A DNA stretch of 63,579 nt, counting the filler, from Reclinomonas americana ATCC 50394 (Eukaryota): assembly GCA_048213135.1 (NCBI GenBank). It is 4 parts of 3 records of this genome, joined end to end, with 100 filler letters (N's around TTAATTAATTAA, not from the genome) between each part and the next. Parts side by side here need not be neighbours in the genome. Positions count along the whole stretch, not along the records: positions 22,686 to 50,377 come from PS015198.1; 3 more parts are not named here. One strand, 5' to 3'. Made by a program: the position numbers and the translations under genes. This document shows, piece after piece, positions 31,701-44,600 of the stretch (positions within the stretch are counted from its first letter, which is position 1; each line of letters opens with the position of its first letter). Under the pieces are notes generated by a model. The model was not told where the DNA came from. It saw nothing but the letters and a program-made list of their open reading frames with translations, and did not search any database.

Positions 31701-33729
31701 GCGGCTGTGGTTTGTCAAAGGCATTGATTTTCTGTGCAGGCGGCCGACGTGTCGCCAAAGGTGACGATTCGCATGGGTCGCAACACCTCGTTCCTGACGT
31801 CGGCCGACTCCCTGCGTGAGTTGATGCTCTTTATCCCCTCTTCTCTTGCCTCCGTCTCACGACATTCTGCTGGCAGGGTCCATTGCCGCGTCGCCTCCGG
31901 AGCACCAGCCGCGCGAGACGCCGGATGACTCCATCGAACTGCGTGTGGTACGTTTGTGTGTGCAAGGCATGTCTGTCCCGTTTCTCACTCATTGCCCTGC
32001 AGACCGTCGAGGGCAGTCGCAACGCACTCGGTTTCATTTGTGTCACTGGCTCGACTACACTGGCCGATGCGCGCAAGTTCATTCGCTCCGACGTGGAGCG
32101 GGCGCCGGAGAAGTACACGTTGCGTTTTTCCCGACCTTACCGGTTGCCAAGTTCCTGTTTGCTGACTCTTTCGTCATCATCGCCACAGATTCCTGAAGGA
32201 TGGAGCCCCAGTGGGACGGCGACAGGAGAGCACAGAGCTGGCGGTCCTGTTCTTGCCGATGCTGACCCTGCGTGCGGAAGTTCCCGCCGAGCGGCCGAAG
32301 CTCACGCTCGGTGCGCTGGATGCGTCGTGGATCATCGATATGCAGGTGTGGAGAGGAAAGAGAGGAGAGGGAAGGGGGGGGGGAAAGGAAGAGAAAGAGG
32401 GGAAAGGGAGGAGAGAGGGGAAAGGGAGGAGAGAAGAGAGTGAGGTAGATGATGGAAGGAAGAGCGGGCAGAGACGGAAACAGAGGCAGACGTAGAGCGA
32501 GGAAGTCCACGCACATAGAGAAGACGGGAAGATGGAGATTGTTGACGCTTGCTTTCTTCCCTCTTGTCTCTCTCTCCCTCTCTCTTCCCCTTTCCCCCTT
32601 CCCCCTTCCCCCTGCCTCCCAGACCGAAGTCACCATGGTTCGCCGCCTCGGTGCCGGCGCTTTTGGTGAAGTATTTGAGGCCTCGTACCAGTCCATGCGC
32701 GTCGCCGTCAAGCAGCTGCACCAGTTGACGGATGCCCAGTTGCAGAGTTTTGAGGGCGAGCTCACGCTGATGAGGTCTTGTGTGTCTGTTTTTTTCTGCT
32801 CGTCATCGCTGTGCTCACTCGCACTTGTCCAGCAAACTGCATCACGAAAACATTATTCGCTTGTACGGTGTCACTCGCAACCCGCCATCGATTGTGATGG
32901 AGTTCATGGAGACGACGTTGGACGGCTACTTGAAGAAGCACGCGAGAGAGTTGACTCGCCGCATGCTGCTCGACATGGCCAAGCAGGTGTGTCGAGTGCT
33001 CTCCTGATTGCCTCACTATTCATGGCTCATCGGGGGTTGTGTCTCGACCAGGTCGCCCGCGGCATGTTGTATCTGCATTCGGAGCCGCGTCACGTGGTGC
33101 ACCGTGATCTGAAGTCGCAGAATGTGCTGCTGAATTTGTACGGCAGCACCGTCGTGTGCAAGGTCAGCGACTTTGGCATCAGTCGCATGATGGAGGCGGC
33201 GTCGGAGAAGACATTCCAGGCCACACGTGGCACCCCTGCCTGGATGGTACTCATGGTTCTCTCTCTTCAGCAACACGCTCTGACACACAAGCACGCAGGC
33301 ACCGGAAGTCCTGCGCGGTGAAAAGTACGACACTCCAGTCGACGTGTACTCGTTCGGCGTCATGCTGTGGGAGATCTTGAATGCGATGAGCAAGGGCACG
33401 TACGAGATGCCGTACAGCGATCGCAATCTCGAGTTCATGGCGCTGTGCTTCAACATTGTCAGGTGACCTCCACCGAGAGCTCCACTCGTTGTCGATGTTC
33501 CGCTCATTTGACGTGAATGTGCAGTCGTGAGCTGCGTCCCACCAAGCCGCAAAACGTGCCGGCCGATCTGTGGCAGCTCGCCACCGACTGCTGGGCCACC
33601 GATGTGGAATCACGACCGACGTTCGCCGACATTATTCATCGCATTGAGGTGTTGGAGACGACTGAGGAAGCCCCGGCTTCCGCTGCCGCTGCCCCTGCTG
33701 CTGAGGCTTCGGGATCAGCCGCCCCGTGA
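28769..33729 (+). CDS. TKL/Raf-like Ser/Thr kinase with an N-terminal LamG/ConA-like domain and two ubiquitin-like repeats; multi-exon
   Basis: Kinase motifs GAGAFGEV, VAVK, HRDLKSQN, DFG, GTPAWMAPE, DVYSFG and CW...RPTF. N-terminal TVSAWV...WHHVCL...LLVNG...LAVGQ. Two repeats of LGFxxVxxSxTLxDxRxxI...YxFxxxGAPVxxxQE. Confidence 0.85.
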
Positions 33730-33826
33730 GCGCATGTCCTCCCTCGCCGCAGCGTGCACAGTGAACGACAATCAGCCATAATTGTGTCACTAAATCAACA
33801 ACAACAACATTATTTCTTTCAAACAA

Positions 33827-36800
33827 CTATGACGGAGAGCGGCTCTCCATCGCCCGCAGTTCCGTCTCCTTTTCGCGCAGCACCTCCCGCGCCGCCAGGT
33901 CTGACGACAGCAAGTCACCAGCCGAGGGCGACAGGGATGTGCGGACGCATTCGCGCATGTGCTGCACGTCACAAACTCAATGAGTATTCCATGCACTGGG
34001 CATGCAGGTGCATCGCAGCGGAGACGACGCAACATTCAACGCCGTGTTCAGCTGCTCAATGTGTCGCACAGTAATCTTCTGCGACCTACTCTCCAGCATC
34101 TCAATCACTTGACGGAGCAACACGTGCCACATGCCGCCGGTGAACGAGTCGACAATCGCCGGCTGGAGGTGGAAGCGAATGTAGGCCAGCAGGTTGACAA
34201 AGAATTTCTGCAGGCGATCTACGGCGGCGTCCAACTCGGGAGTCTGGTGCGGGGTGGCGGAGAGATGAGGAACCATGATGGGGCACAAAGGAGAAGAGGA
34301 GTGTCACAAACCAAGATCTGCAGCAATTCGCGATTGCCGCGTGGAGTGGTCAACTGTGTAAAAAAAGAGGCGGGTGAGGAGGCTATCACATGGTTATGTC
34401 TGTGTGCGTGATTGGCACACGCACCGTGGATGGCGGCGATGCACTGGCGGCCACCGCGGACATGGAGAGTGGAGGAATGAAGACAGATGTCGGTGGTGGC
34501 GACTGGTGTGCCGGCGGCGGCGGCGGGGATGGCGGAAGCGGCGGCGGCTGCACCTCCACCAGAATAATCTCCTCAATGTCCTCGTATTCTTCCACCGGCA
34601 TCTCATCCTCATCGTCGGTAAGCGTGCCTCCACCACCACAGCAGCCGCCACCGCGTTTCTTTTTCTTGGCGGGCGGCGGTTGTGGAGGCCGCGCTTTCCT
34701 CACCCGTCGCACCACGCGTCTCTCCTCCATCACTGGTCCCGGGGTCGGAGCGGCAGAGGGTGGCTGCGGTTGCGGCAGTGGTGTCGATGGTGGTAGTGGA
34801 GAGGACGGGGATGCCAACAGCGCTGCAGTATCCATGGGTGGGCTGCGGGGAGTGGCGAGCGGCCGTGACGGTGGCTGTGCGCGAGGCACGACCACTGCCG
34901 CTATATCGCCAATGAGCTCGAACAAGTGGTCGGCCACCTGCAGCGACGCAAAGACACACAAAGGGAATACAGACGCACGCAGACACACACAAACACATAA
35001 ACACACACACCATGTACAAACACACGCACAACACACACAACACAGACAGACGCACAGATGCACACACAGATGCACACACACAACAACAAACACGAAAACA
35101 CGCAAACAAAAAACACACGCGCACATGCACGCAAACACACACACACACCACCACAACAAAGAAACCGAAACCACGCACATTCACACACAACAAATAAGAA
35201 AACCCGCAGAAAAACACAGTGAGCGACACAGATAGCTCATTTGATTGCTTTCCCAAGATACGAACCATCTGCGCAATCGTATTAAAAGCGCTCTCGGCGC
35301 GCGTCGACACATTGTCGAGGAATCGCGAAACGAGCGGCGACACCACCGCATCTTTCTTGAAGACAGCGTACTCGCCACACAGTTTTTGAGTCAAATGAAT
35401 AACGTGCTCGAAGTTGGCCAACTGCACCAGCATCTGCGATAAGACCAACGAGAGATGTTATGATACGTGCAGGTGGGAGAGAAAAGGACCAAGAGTGGGC
35501 ACCTGCTCACGAAGCGCCGGCAGCCCCTCTGGTGGGTCCGGCACTCGCAGTTTGCTTCGCCCGCTGGTTGTGTCTCTCCGCTTGCGTGGAGGGGCGGTCA
35601 GCAGGGCCGACGACGAGGCCGTCCGCTTTCGGAATGAAGCCTGCCGCGAGACGCCAGAAAAGGATTCGTGCATGGTTTCCACAAACGTCGCAAATGCCAC
35701 CATCAGAATCTGCAAATCGATGGTCAAACCGAGAAAGAGATGCACAAACTTCAGAGAATCAAACCTCGGCAAGCTCTCTCGAATGGCCCAAGTACTCGGG
35801 AGAGCGCATGGCCAGCGGATTGTTGTCGTAGAAAGCGTGCAGGCCAACCAGCTTCTCGTATGCCACCGTGAACAGCTGCACAACGGACCAACTGGGTGTG
35901 GACTCACTGCTGGACATTTCCCACTGTGTGCGAGCGCGCGCAAGTGAGAAGGAGGTGATGGAAGAGGAGGAGAGCGGAACGCAAACAAACCGCATCCTCA
36001 ATCACAAAATCGCGCGCCGAGTCCACCAACTCGTCTCGCTGATGCACAATCCACATGGAAATGTGTGGCTCGAACCAGTGTGCTGGAAACTCGGACTCGT
36101 TGCTGCGTTGTCAGATCAGTGCCCGCAACAGCCACGAAAGGGACTCTTAGTCTCGACGCAACATGATGATCTTCACGTCGTGGTGTTGAAGGAACGAGTA
36201 TGCCGACGACAGCAGGGCGTCGAGGCGATCGACACCGACCAGTGGTCTGTGATTCGCAATGACCAGCAGTGCCGTCTGCAGCCGGTGGACCACAATGTGC
36301 ACGACGACCTCCTCCAGGTTGAGGTATCTGTGCGACACCGTCGTCAGGGTCACACTTCATGAGAGGATGGGGAGGGGACGAGCGCAACTCGGCAAACAGT
36401 GTCGATGACGAGGAGAGAACGTCCTCCAGCAACAGTGGCATGTCGTCGATCGTGTCGAGCACAAACTTCGGCATCTCGGCGGCCTCGGCAGGCATTCTTC
36501 GGCGTGCCTCCACTTTGCCTTCGAGGGCCACGCGTACCAGGGAGGTGAGGGCTTCCTTTTGGGAGGAGGCCAGGACTTGGCCGTCGGAGGAGAGAAGGCG
36601 GGTGTAGAAGTCCTGCGAGAAGGGGGAAGGGGGAAGGGGAAGGGGAAGGGGAAGGGTGGGGAAGGGGGCAGAAGAGGGAAGGGGAAGAATGGGGAAGGGG
36701 GAATGGGGAAGGGTGGGGAGAGTAGAAGGGGAATGGGAAAGGGGAAGCGAGGATGGGCGACGAGGGAAATGAAAGAACGGAGGAGACAGGAGGAAGGAAT

Positions 36801-37023
36801 GAAGGGAGAAAAAGTGTGTGTGTGAGAGAGAGAGAGAGAGAAACAGAGCAAGTGAAAGGAAAGGGCAGAAGGGATTGAAAGGTAAACAAACAAAGGAAAT
36901 GAGCGGAGGGGAGAGAGAAATAAACAGTGGAATAGAAGGGGCCACAGGAGACAGAGGACGCGGAAGGTAAAGGGAAAGAAAGGGACATGGGTGACAACAA
37001 CAAGAAACTGCTGAGCAATCTGT

Positions 37024-37062
<39 letters not shown>

Positions 37063-40000
37063 CGAGAGAGCGAGAGAGCGACTGAAGTGCAAGGGCGGAA
37101 GGGTGAAAAAGAAAACAAACGAAGGAGAAAGGAAGGAGGCAGCAGAAAGGAAGGGGCCAAAAGAAATGGACAAGGGAAGAAAGGCAAAGGGGAAGATGCA
37201 GGAGTGACAAAAGACACATAATCAATCGCCGAGCAAACAGTGGCAGAGGGAGAGAGAAACAAGAAGAACGACTCCGTGAATACTGCTTTCCACACACACG
37301 CACCTGCACCGCTGGCGACTCGTAAAACATGCAAAACAACTTGATGCACTCGACCAGACCGGCCCGCCGAGCCGGTATGTGTTCCAAATACTTGCGTACC
37401 GCGTCCTCCATGCGACGGTACGTGGTGAGGGCGACGCGACGCACCGTGTCCAAATCGGCGGCCATCACAAATAGATCGGCACGCTGGGCGGCCAAGATGC
37501 GAGCAAGGGCCGTGAGACGTGCCTGGAAGAATTGCACGACTTGCAGGTCGTTGGACCCGAGTCGCGGCAGCACGGCCTCCAGCAGCCTGCAAAGCATCGT
37601 GAGTCAACAAAGGCTAAAGAGAGCAATAAAGAGCATCGGTACGCAACACGACGTTTGTTTGCAGTGGCGTGAGACCGAGACGAGCACCGAGAATCTCTGC
37701 CAGCCACACGGAATCGAGGCGGTCGCGCAAGACACGAGCAGCGATGCTGTAGCGGGAGCGTCAGTGCATGAAGCAAATACATGGTCCGTTGACACACGAG
37801 CCACACCTCAGCATCTCGGCACACTCCGCAGCCTCGTACATGTGCTTTGGCCGGGCGTCGAGTAGTGGTGGCTCGAGCACACACAGAACGCGAAGCTGGC
37901 CCGTAACGTGTGATGCCTCGCTGCGCTTTTCCAGATCGACCCACCCGCGCATGACCTGGCGGGAGAGGTCGACCATGTTGAGTTGGATGCGACCGAGAAA
38001 GCGGTGTGTGGTCACGTCCTCCGAGCCGGTTTCGGTGAAGAGGGAGATGGTGGCCACGGATGTGCGGCTGATTTTGGGGTCCCTGGAGAGGGGGGAAGAG
38101 AGGGGAAGAGAGGGGAAGGGGGACGGAGAGTGAGGAAGGGGGAGGGAGGGGAAGGAGGGAAGAGGGAATGAGAGGAGAACAAAGTAAGATAAAGCGGATG
38201 GTAGAGGGATTGAAAAGAGAGAGAGAAAGAGAGAGTGTGCAGCGTAGGAAAGTATCAGAGAAGAGAGAGAGAGAGGAAGGATACAAAGGGAGAAATGCCG
38301 GGGAAGGAGAGAAAGGAGATTCGCAAGGCAAACAACAGATATAAACAGGATGACAACAACAAGCAGAGTGCGAGTGTTACGGAAGCGATATATTCTGGCG
38401 AGAGCGAGGATATACGAGAAAGAAAAAAAAGGCAACTTGAGATAAACGGAGGATTGGTACGTAGGAGACAGAAAGAGGGAGAGAGAAAGAATCCAGCGGT
38501 GGGACTATTATGTTACGCAACTGAATGGACACGCTGTAATTAAAGGCAATGTCGGAGCCACCCTCGCACACGTCCGACTGCTCGATGCGATCATTAAATT
38601 CCACGAGCACGTACGCACGGTTGCGACCTGAGACATCACATGCGTGAGCAGGTGTGTCCATGCACACATTTCAGCAACAACATGCGCACCTCCTTTTCCT
38701 TTCTTCAACAAGCCGCGTGCGGCGAGCACACGCACGTGAAGCGTGGTGAATGAAGGAAGCTGTGTTGCAAACGAGAATGAGCAACTGACGATCCACTGCA
38801 CTCCAGCACACAAGATCCGCACCGATTTCACATAGGCCTCTTGCGCCAGCTCAGCACGTGTGCTCCACATAATCCACGCGCTCTCCCGTCCAGCGAATTG
38901 TGGCTGCAGCAGATGCAGAGCGTGAGGTCGTGAAGAATAGCCAAGGAGAATACCACGAGCACACACACCGAGAAATCGCTGCCACTGTAATTAAAGAATG
39001 CTTCGCGGTATTCGCGTCGCTTTTGCACCTCGGCCAGTAGCAGCTGTGCGAGACGAGTCAGCAGACGTATTATAGCAACAATCAGATGTCAGAAAGACGC
39101 ACATGTGGATGCGAGTAAACGGTCTCCTCGGTGATAATCGGCTGCAACTCCTTGGGACTCAGGTGGAAAGCTGGCGACGGAGGATGAGTGAGACAGGGTT
39201 GCGTCATAAGCAAGCGTCACAACCTCCCAACCTCGCATAATGTGAAGTGTGCCGAGGGCGGCATAGTCAATGGTGAGGAGACTGGCGAGAAATGAGTTGA
39301 CGAGCTCGTCCTTTTGTTGGGAGATTTTTTGCTGCGCAATGAGAGCAAAAGTGAGGCGACAGGTGGAGCGACATGCCGGGGAGCTGATGCGCGATCGTAC
39401 CCTGGCCGTGTCGCTCTTGTACATGCGCGGCAGGTGCTGCACGTTGAATTCGTTCCATAGGTCTCGAGCGGATTCTTCGAATTCGTCCACCGAGACTGGG
39501 GAGAGGGGGAGTTAGAGAAGGGAGGAGGCGAAGGGAAACGGAGGGGAAAGGAAAAAGTAGTACGCAACTTGACATTACGACGGCACTCGGCTCGCGCAGC
39601 TTATTGTTGATCATGTCACGCAGCATGTACCCAAACTCCACCAGCAGCGGATGCTCAAACTCCGAGTTGGAGAAGAACACCTCCAGACGCAGCAGCACCA
39701 CCGACGCGAGTTCCCAGTCGGTCTCCACATCCAGCTTTTGTCGTGAGAAGAGTAGGGCCTTGTCGAAGGCGGCAAACAGACCACTGGGTGGCGCATGGTG
39801 AGTGAGAGGGAGAGGGAAGGCGGAAGGGTGGAGTGGAGGGAAGAGCCACGGAACTCGCAGATTTGGTGGCGGATGTTTACGAATTCGCCACAGCAGGCGG
39901 CGGCTACTGCGCAGCTGCACAGGCAGCGAATGGTCTTGTCCTGTGGGCAAGAGGAGCAGGGGTGGGTAATGGGGAGACGACGGAGAGAGAGGAGGCAGAA

Positions 40001-40104
40001 GAGAGGAGGGAAGGAGTTGAGGAGCAGGCATGAAAACAGAGAAGGCAAGGCGAGGAGTTGACGGTGAAGGTCCGACAGGTGGGGGAAGAAGTAAAGAGAC
40101 TGAG

Positions 40105-40168
<64 letters not shown>

Positions 40169-40771
40169 NNNNNNNNNNNNNNNNNNNNAGAGAGAGAGAG
40201 AGAAGGGAAGGCGATGGCCAAGTAAAGAGAGTGGAGACGATGAGGAAGGAAAAGAGGAGCAAGGCGGAGGAAGAGGGGGTGACAGAGAAGTGGAGGTAGA
40301 GGAGGAAAATGAAGAGGAGCAGAAGGAGACGGAGAGATAGATGCGGAAGGAAAAGAAGGGCCAGGCAAGGGACTGAGGAAGGAGGTCACTGAGACGAAGG
40401 TGGAGCAACATTCAAGAGAGACCATGGTCTGCAGGGAAAAGGCTGAGAGAGGAAGGTTCGACGAGAGAACATGCAGAGACGCCCGAGAGACACTGCTCAA
40501 CAGGAGAACAAGGAGAGAGGACAAGAAAGACAAGGAAAGATAAGAGAAGCAGGAGGAGGAGGAGGAGGAGGAGGAGGAAGAGGAAGAGAGGGCAGGGGCA
40601 CATACACTTCTCAAACAAGAGAATACGCAACAAGAGTGACCGAGTCGCACACCGTCAATGGATCATCCTCCTGCATATCAACGACTGATGAGATATCGAA
40701 TCATACGTGGACGAAACAATGTGACTGTGACACAAACAACACAGTGTAACACGCAGCACAACAACATGCGC

Positions 40772-40807
<36 letters not shown>

Positions 40808-41521
40808 GATAGAGAGGAAAGCGCACACAGTCAAAGACTCAAGGAGCGACTAAAAAGCGCGCATCGTATCTCTCACACGCGTGTGATTGTGTGAGACACA
40901 GTGTGCGTGTGAGTGAGTGTGAGAGAAGAGTGACTGCGAGAAGGTGCGACTGTACGCTGTCTGGTTTTTCACTTGTGCACACACTCACTCACTCACTCAC
41001 TCACTCACTCACTCACTCACTCACACAATCACTCACTCACTCATTCACTCACTCACTCACTCACACAATCACTCACTCACTCATTCACTCACTCACTAAC
41101 TCACTCACTCACTCACTCACTCACTCACTCACTCTCTCTCCCTCTCTCCCTCTTCTCTCTCTCACACACTCACACACTCTCCTTTGCCCTCTCCCTCCCT
41201 CCCTCCCTCACTCACCACTGACACCATTGACTTTCCACTTCTCGCACCACCACCACCACCCCTCTCCCGCCTTTGCTGCTCATCCTCTTGTTGCTGCTGC
41301 TGCGACTGCTGCGACTGCTGCTGCTGTTGCACCTGCTCTTGCAACACAGACGAGGCCACAGTGGCCGTCACTGTGCTCACAGTGGAGACCACAGACAGTC
41401 GATGTGGACGCGAAGAAGGTTGTTGTTGATGTTGTTGCTCTTCCTCATCTGCGTCTTCTTCTTCTTCTTCATTGTAACTGTGAGAGGAGAGCGTGGAGGC
41501 GTCGACAATGGCGTCGCCCAT
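33827..41521 (-). CDS. Munc13/BAIAP3-like protein: one C2 domain followed by a MUN (MHD1/MHD2)-like helical region; multi-exon
   Basis: C2: LHVRVLAARGL...AYVLVEF...FLGRIQL...WVDLEKRSEASHVTGQLR (Munc13 C2B-like ending). C-terminal AVDRLQKFFVNLLAYIRFHL...MWHVLLRQV resembles MHD2. ATG at 41521; last exon HMRECVRTS...RSPS-stop ends at 33827. Confidence 0.65.
40109..40168. repeat. (GA)n microsatellite, intronic
   Basis: Perfect run next to a gap. Confidence 0.95.
40981..41131. repeat. (CACT)n tetranucleotide microsatellite, intronic
   Basis: Near-perfect CACT run in intron 1 of the Munc13-like gene. Confidence 0.9.
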
Positions 41522-41674
41522 GAGTGTGATTGTGGAGAATGAGTCACACAAGACCGTTCTTCTTGTTCGGTCCGGCATGTACACTCGCCCAACAAGAGTG
41601 TATCCAATCACCGCGCAATTATTGTGTGAAGGGCCGTGGGGTGCGATACGGAAAAAGGCACCCCATTGTTCATT

Positions 41675-44600
41675 TCAAATCTTCACACCCGATGTGCAAT
41701 CGCCACTCGTGGCACACGCGGTCATCGTCGACGTCGCCACCACGCCACTCTTCGGCACACACTGCTTCGTCGACGCCGCGAATGTCCACGAGCCGCAGGC
41801 GGTCAGCTGTGAGCACCAAAGCGAGCATGCTTGTGGACCGGTCGTCGTCTTGATGGCCCACGTGAGATCGCCGCCGGGCCGATCTGCATGCAATGTCAGT
41901 CACAGATCTCTCCCTCATCTCTTTTCTCTGCGAGGACTCACCCGTGCTGGTCTGGAACCCGCTGCTGTCGTACGCCGCCACACTCGTCTTGCGGCCCGAC
42001 ACCAAGCAGAAATGCGAGCCACACACATTGCTCGTCTCTGCATTGGCTGCTGTCGCCGGTACGGTGCTCTGCATACAACACACGAGGACGGTGAGCTCGG
42101 CATTCTCTCACAAGCCCCTTCTTCGATCTCCGATCGCGCACCTTCAGCGTGCACAGACTCGCGCCTGACGAGTTTGACGCCGCAGCAGCATCCAGAAAAG
42201 TCCACGATCGACACTGTGTAGAACGGTCGCACAGTTCACAGCATCCAACTTCGCTGGTAACAGAAGGCATCACAGAGAGGATCGTGCCGCCAGGTCGATC
42301 CACGGCCTCGAACAGGCACACTTCCAACGCCGCTGCTCAATACGACTGCGAGTGAGATGGTCGATGATGGGACACACCCAGCTGACAACCAACGCAACGA
42401 GCGATAACTCCATTCTGCACCGTTGAACAACCACTATTCGACGCTGCAAAACACATCCAAGCATCGTCAGCACCACTCACACATTCCCGTGTCTCACAGT
42501 GCACACCGAGCATAATATATACCACGAACAGAGTGAAAAGAAAGAGAGCGAGGAGAGAATCAACAAGGACAAGCACACGTCTGTGGAGAGAAAGGACGAT
42601 CCGCTTAGCCGAAAACGGGCAAGAACGACATTGAAAGTGGCGTCGAAACACCTCCTGTACACTTCATCCTCTCCTCACAACTCGCGACCATGTTCGCTTC
42701 ACTCCAAGCCTGAGCTTAAAACTTCTGAAGTCGCTGCCTTGTGTGCTCCTGGTTTGTCGCCCTTTCTCGTTTCCCCGTGACATCGCTGCAGCTCTGCACT
42801 TCATCCTTCCCCCCCACAGCTACTTCACCTCTCACACCACCAAAAGCCTGTCCATTAATTCCTTACAATGCTGCCTTCCTGACGCTCATTGCGTGCCTGT
42901 TTCCCCTAAATTCCGCTGCCCTGCTCCTCACCGTTCCCCATAACTCTTCCTCCCTCTCAAAGCCTCCACTCTTGCGCTTCACCCCATACTTCCTTCTTAA
43001 CACCTCCGCTCTCCGCCGTTCACCGCTTACATCTACACTCGGTCTTTTACCCACCCCTTCACACGACAATTCCCTCTCCCATTCTCTTCTACTCCCTTCC
43101 CCTGTTCCTCTTTCTCCTTCACTCTCAAGACAGCCTCCGCTCGCCTTTCTTGACCATACTCTCTGCAAGTCTCTCCCCCCTTCCCTCCCCCTCTCTCTTC
43201 TCCCACCCACGCACCATACACAATCGTGAACTGCTTGGTGTACGTCAGTACGCCGTCGCTCACTTGCACAAACACTTGCAGTCGCCGACTCAGTGGCGGT
43301 GCCACCGAGATGGTCAGCTGATTGCCGCCAACCAGACTGAAAAGACCCGCGTGCACGCCACCCGCAATGCTGAATGTCGGCGACTGTCCCGTGTTGAGAT
43401 CCACCATGCTCAGTGTGCCCACGGTGAATGGCACCGTCGCACTCGAGTATGCCTGCGAACCCGACAGCAGAATGTCGCTGGGCGCCACATTTCCTGCACA
43501 GTCGTTCAACAATTGCGGTTCAGCTCACACAAACAATCACAAACACAAACACACAAAAACACACACACGCACGCACGCACGCACACACACGCACACACGC
43601 AGGTATATACAAAAAGAGAGAGAGGGAGAGAGGGAGAGAGAGAAAAAGATAGACAAAGAAGAAGGAAAGAAGAAGGAACAGAAGCACAGCTCAGCACATC
43701 CACAAACAAACACGCAAAAAAACAAGCACAACAACGGCCGAATGCTCCCTGCATTCTCCCTTTCCCTCATTCTCACCTATCGCGAATGCAGACACAGCCA
43801 GATATGCGTTGGCTGGCGCCCATCGTGTGCACAGCTCGTACGTCCCGACGGCTGCACCCGCCGCTCCAATCGTCAGTGTAATGCTCGTCGCACTGCCGAA
43901 TGTGCTGCTGACGGTGGTGCTGGCCACGGCCGTCGGCGGTGTCGATGCGCCACAGAGAGGAGTGCCAAGCACATACGCTGAGGCATCGGCCGAGTTGTTG
44001 AGCAGCCCAGTGCCCGTCAATGTTATCAACTGGCCAGCCAGTGCCGATACAAATGTGGCTGACAGCGATGTCACAGTGGGTGCTGCATGCAAGACAGTCA
44101 GCATCATCGTGCATCAAAAAATATCACAAAATCAGAATAGCACGCAACCAGCAATGTTGAGCGTCTGATCGAATGACATGGCAGGATTGCCATTGTCGGT
44201 TGTACGCACAATTATCACCAGCGACGCCGTCACACCCGCACTCGCAAACTGCAGCTGGTTGCCAGACGCAACCGTCACCAATGCGCTGCTCGCGCCACCC
44301 ACCACCGAGTACGAGAACGACTGCTGCGAGTCCACATCACTCGTGCTCATCGAGCCGATCGCCAGTCCCGCCGTGCTGGGCGGAATATACGAGCTTGCAC
44401 TCAGTGTCACTGCCGTCGGTGCATTGTTCACTGCGGGAAGACAAGGTCAGCATCCACACCAAACAGCACTCCCAATCCAACATCCACTCACCCGACGTCA
44501 CACTGAAAGACTTGTCGAAGAACATCGGAGGTGTGCCATTGTCGAACGAGCGAACCGTGACGACCAGTGGACTAGCCGACTGGCCTGCCGAGGTGATTTG

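Noticed and set aside
32346-32622. Purine-rich 5' and pyrimidine-rich 3' intron halves as a general bridging stem
   Set aside because: Seen in only a few introns; others are uniformly purine- or pyrimidine-rich.
41675-42650. Separate small PAN-domain gene with a signal anchor
   Set aside because: Splice phases join the PAN exons to the NHL/cadherin gene, and the hydrophobic ORF falls in an intron.
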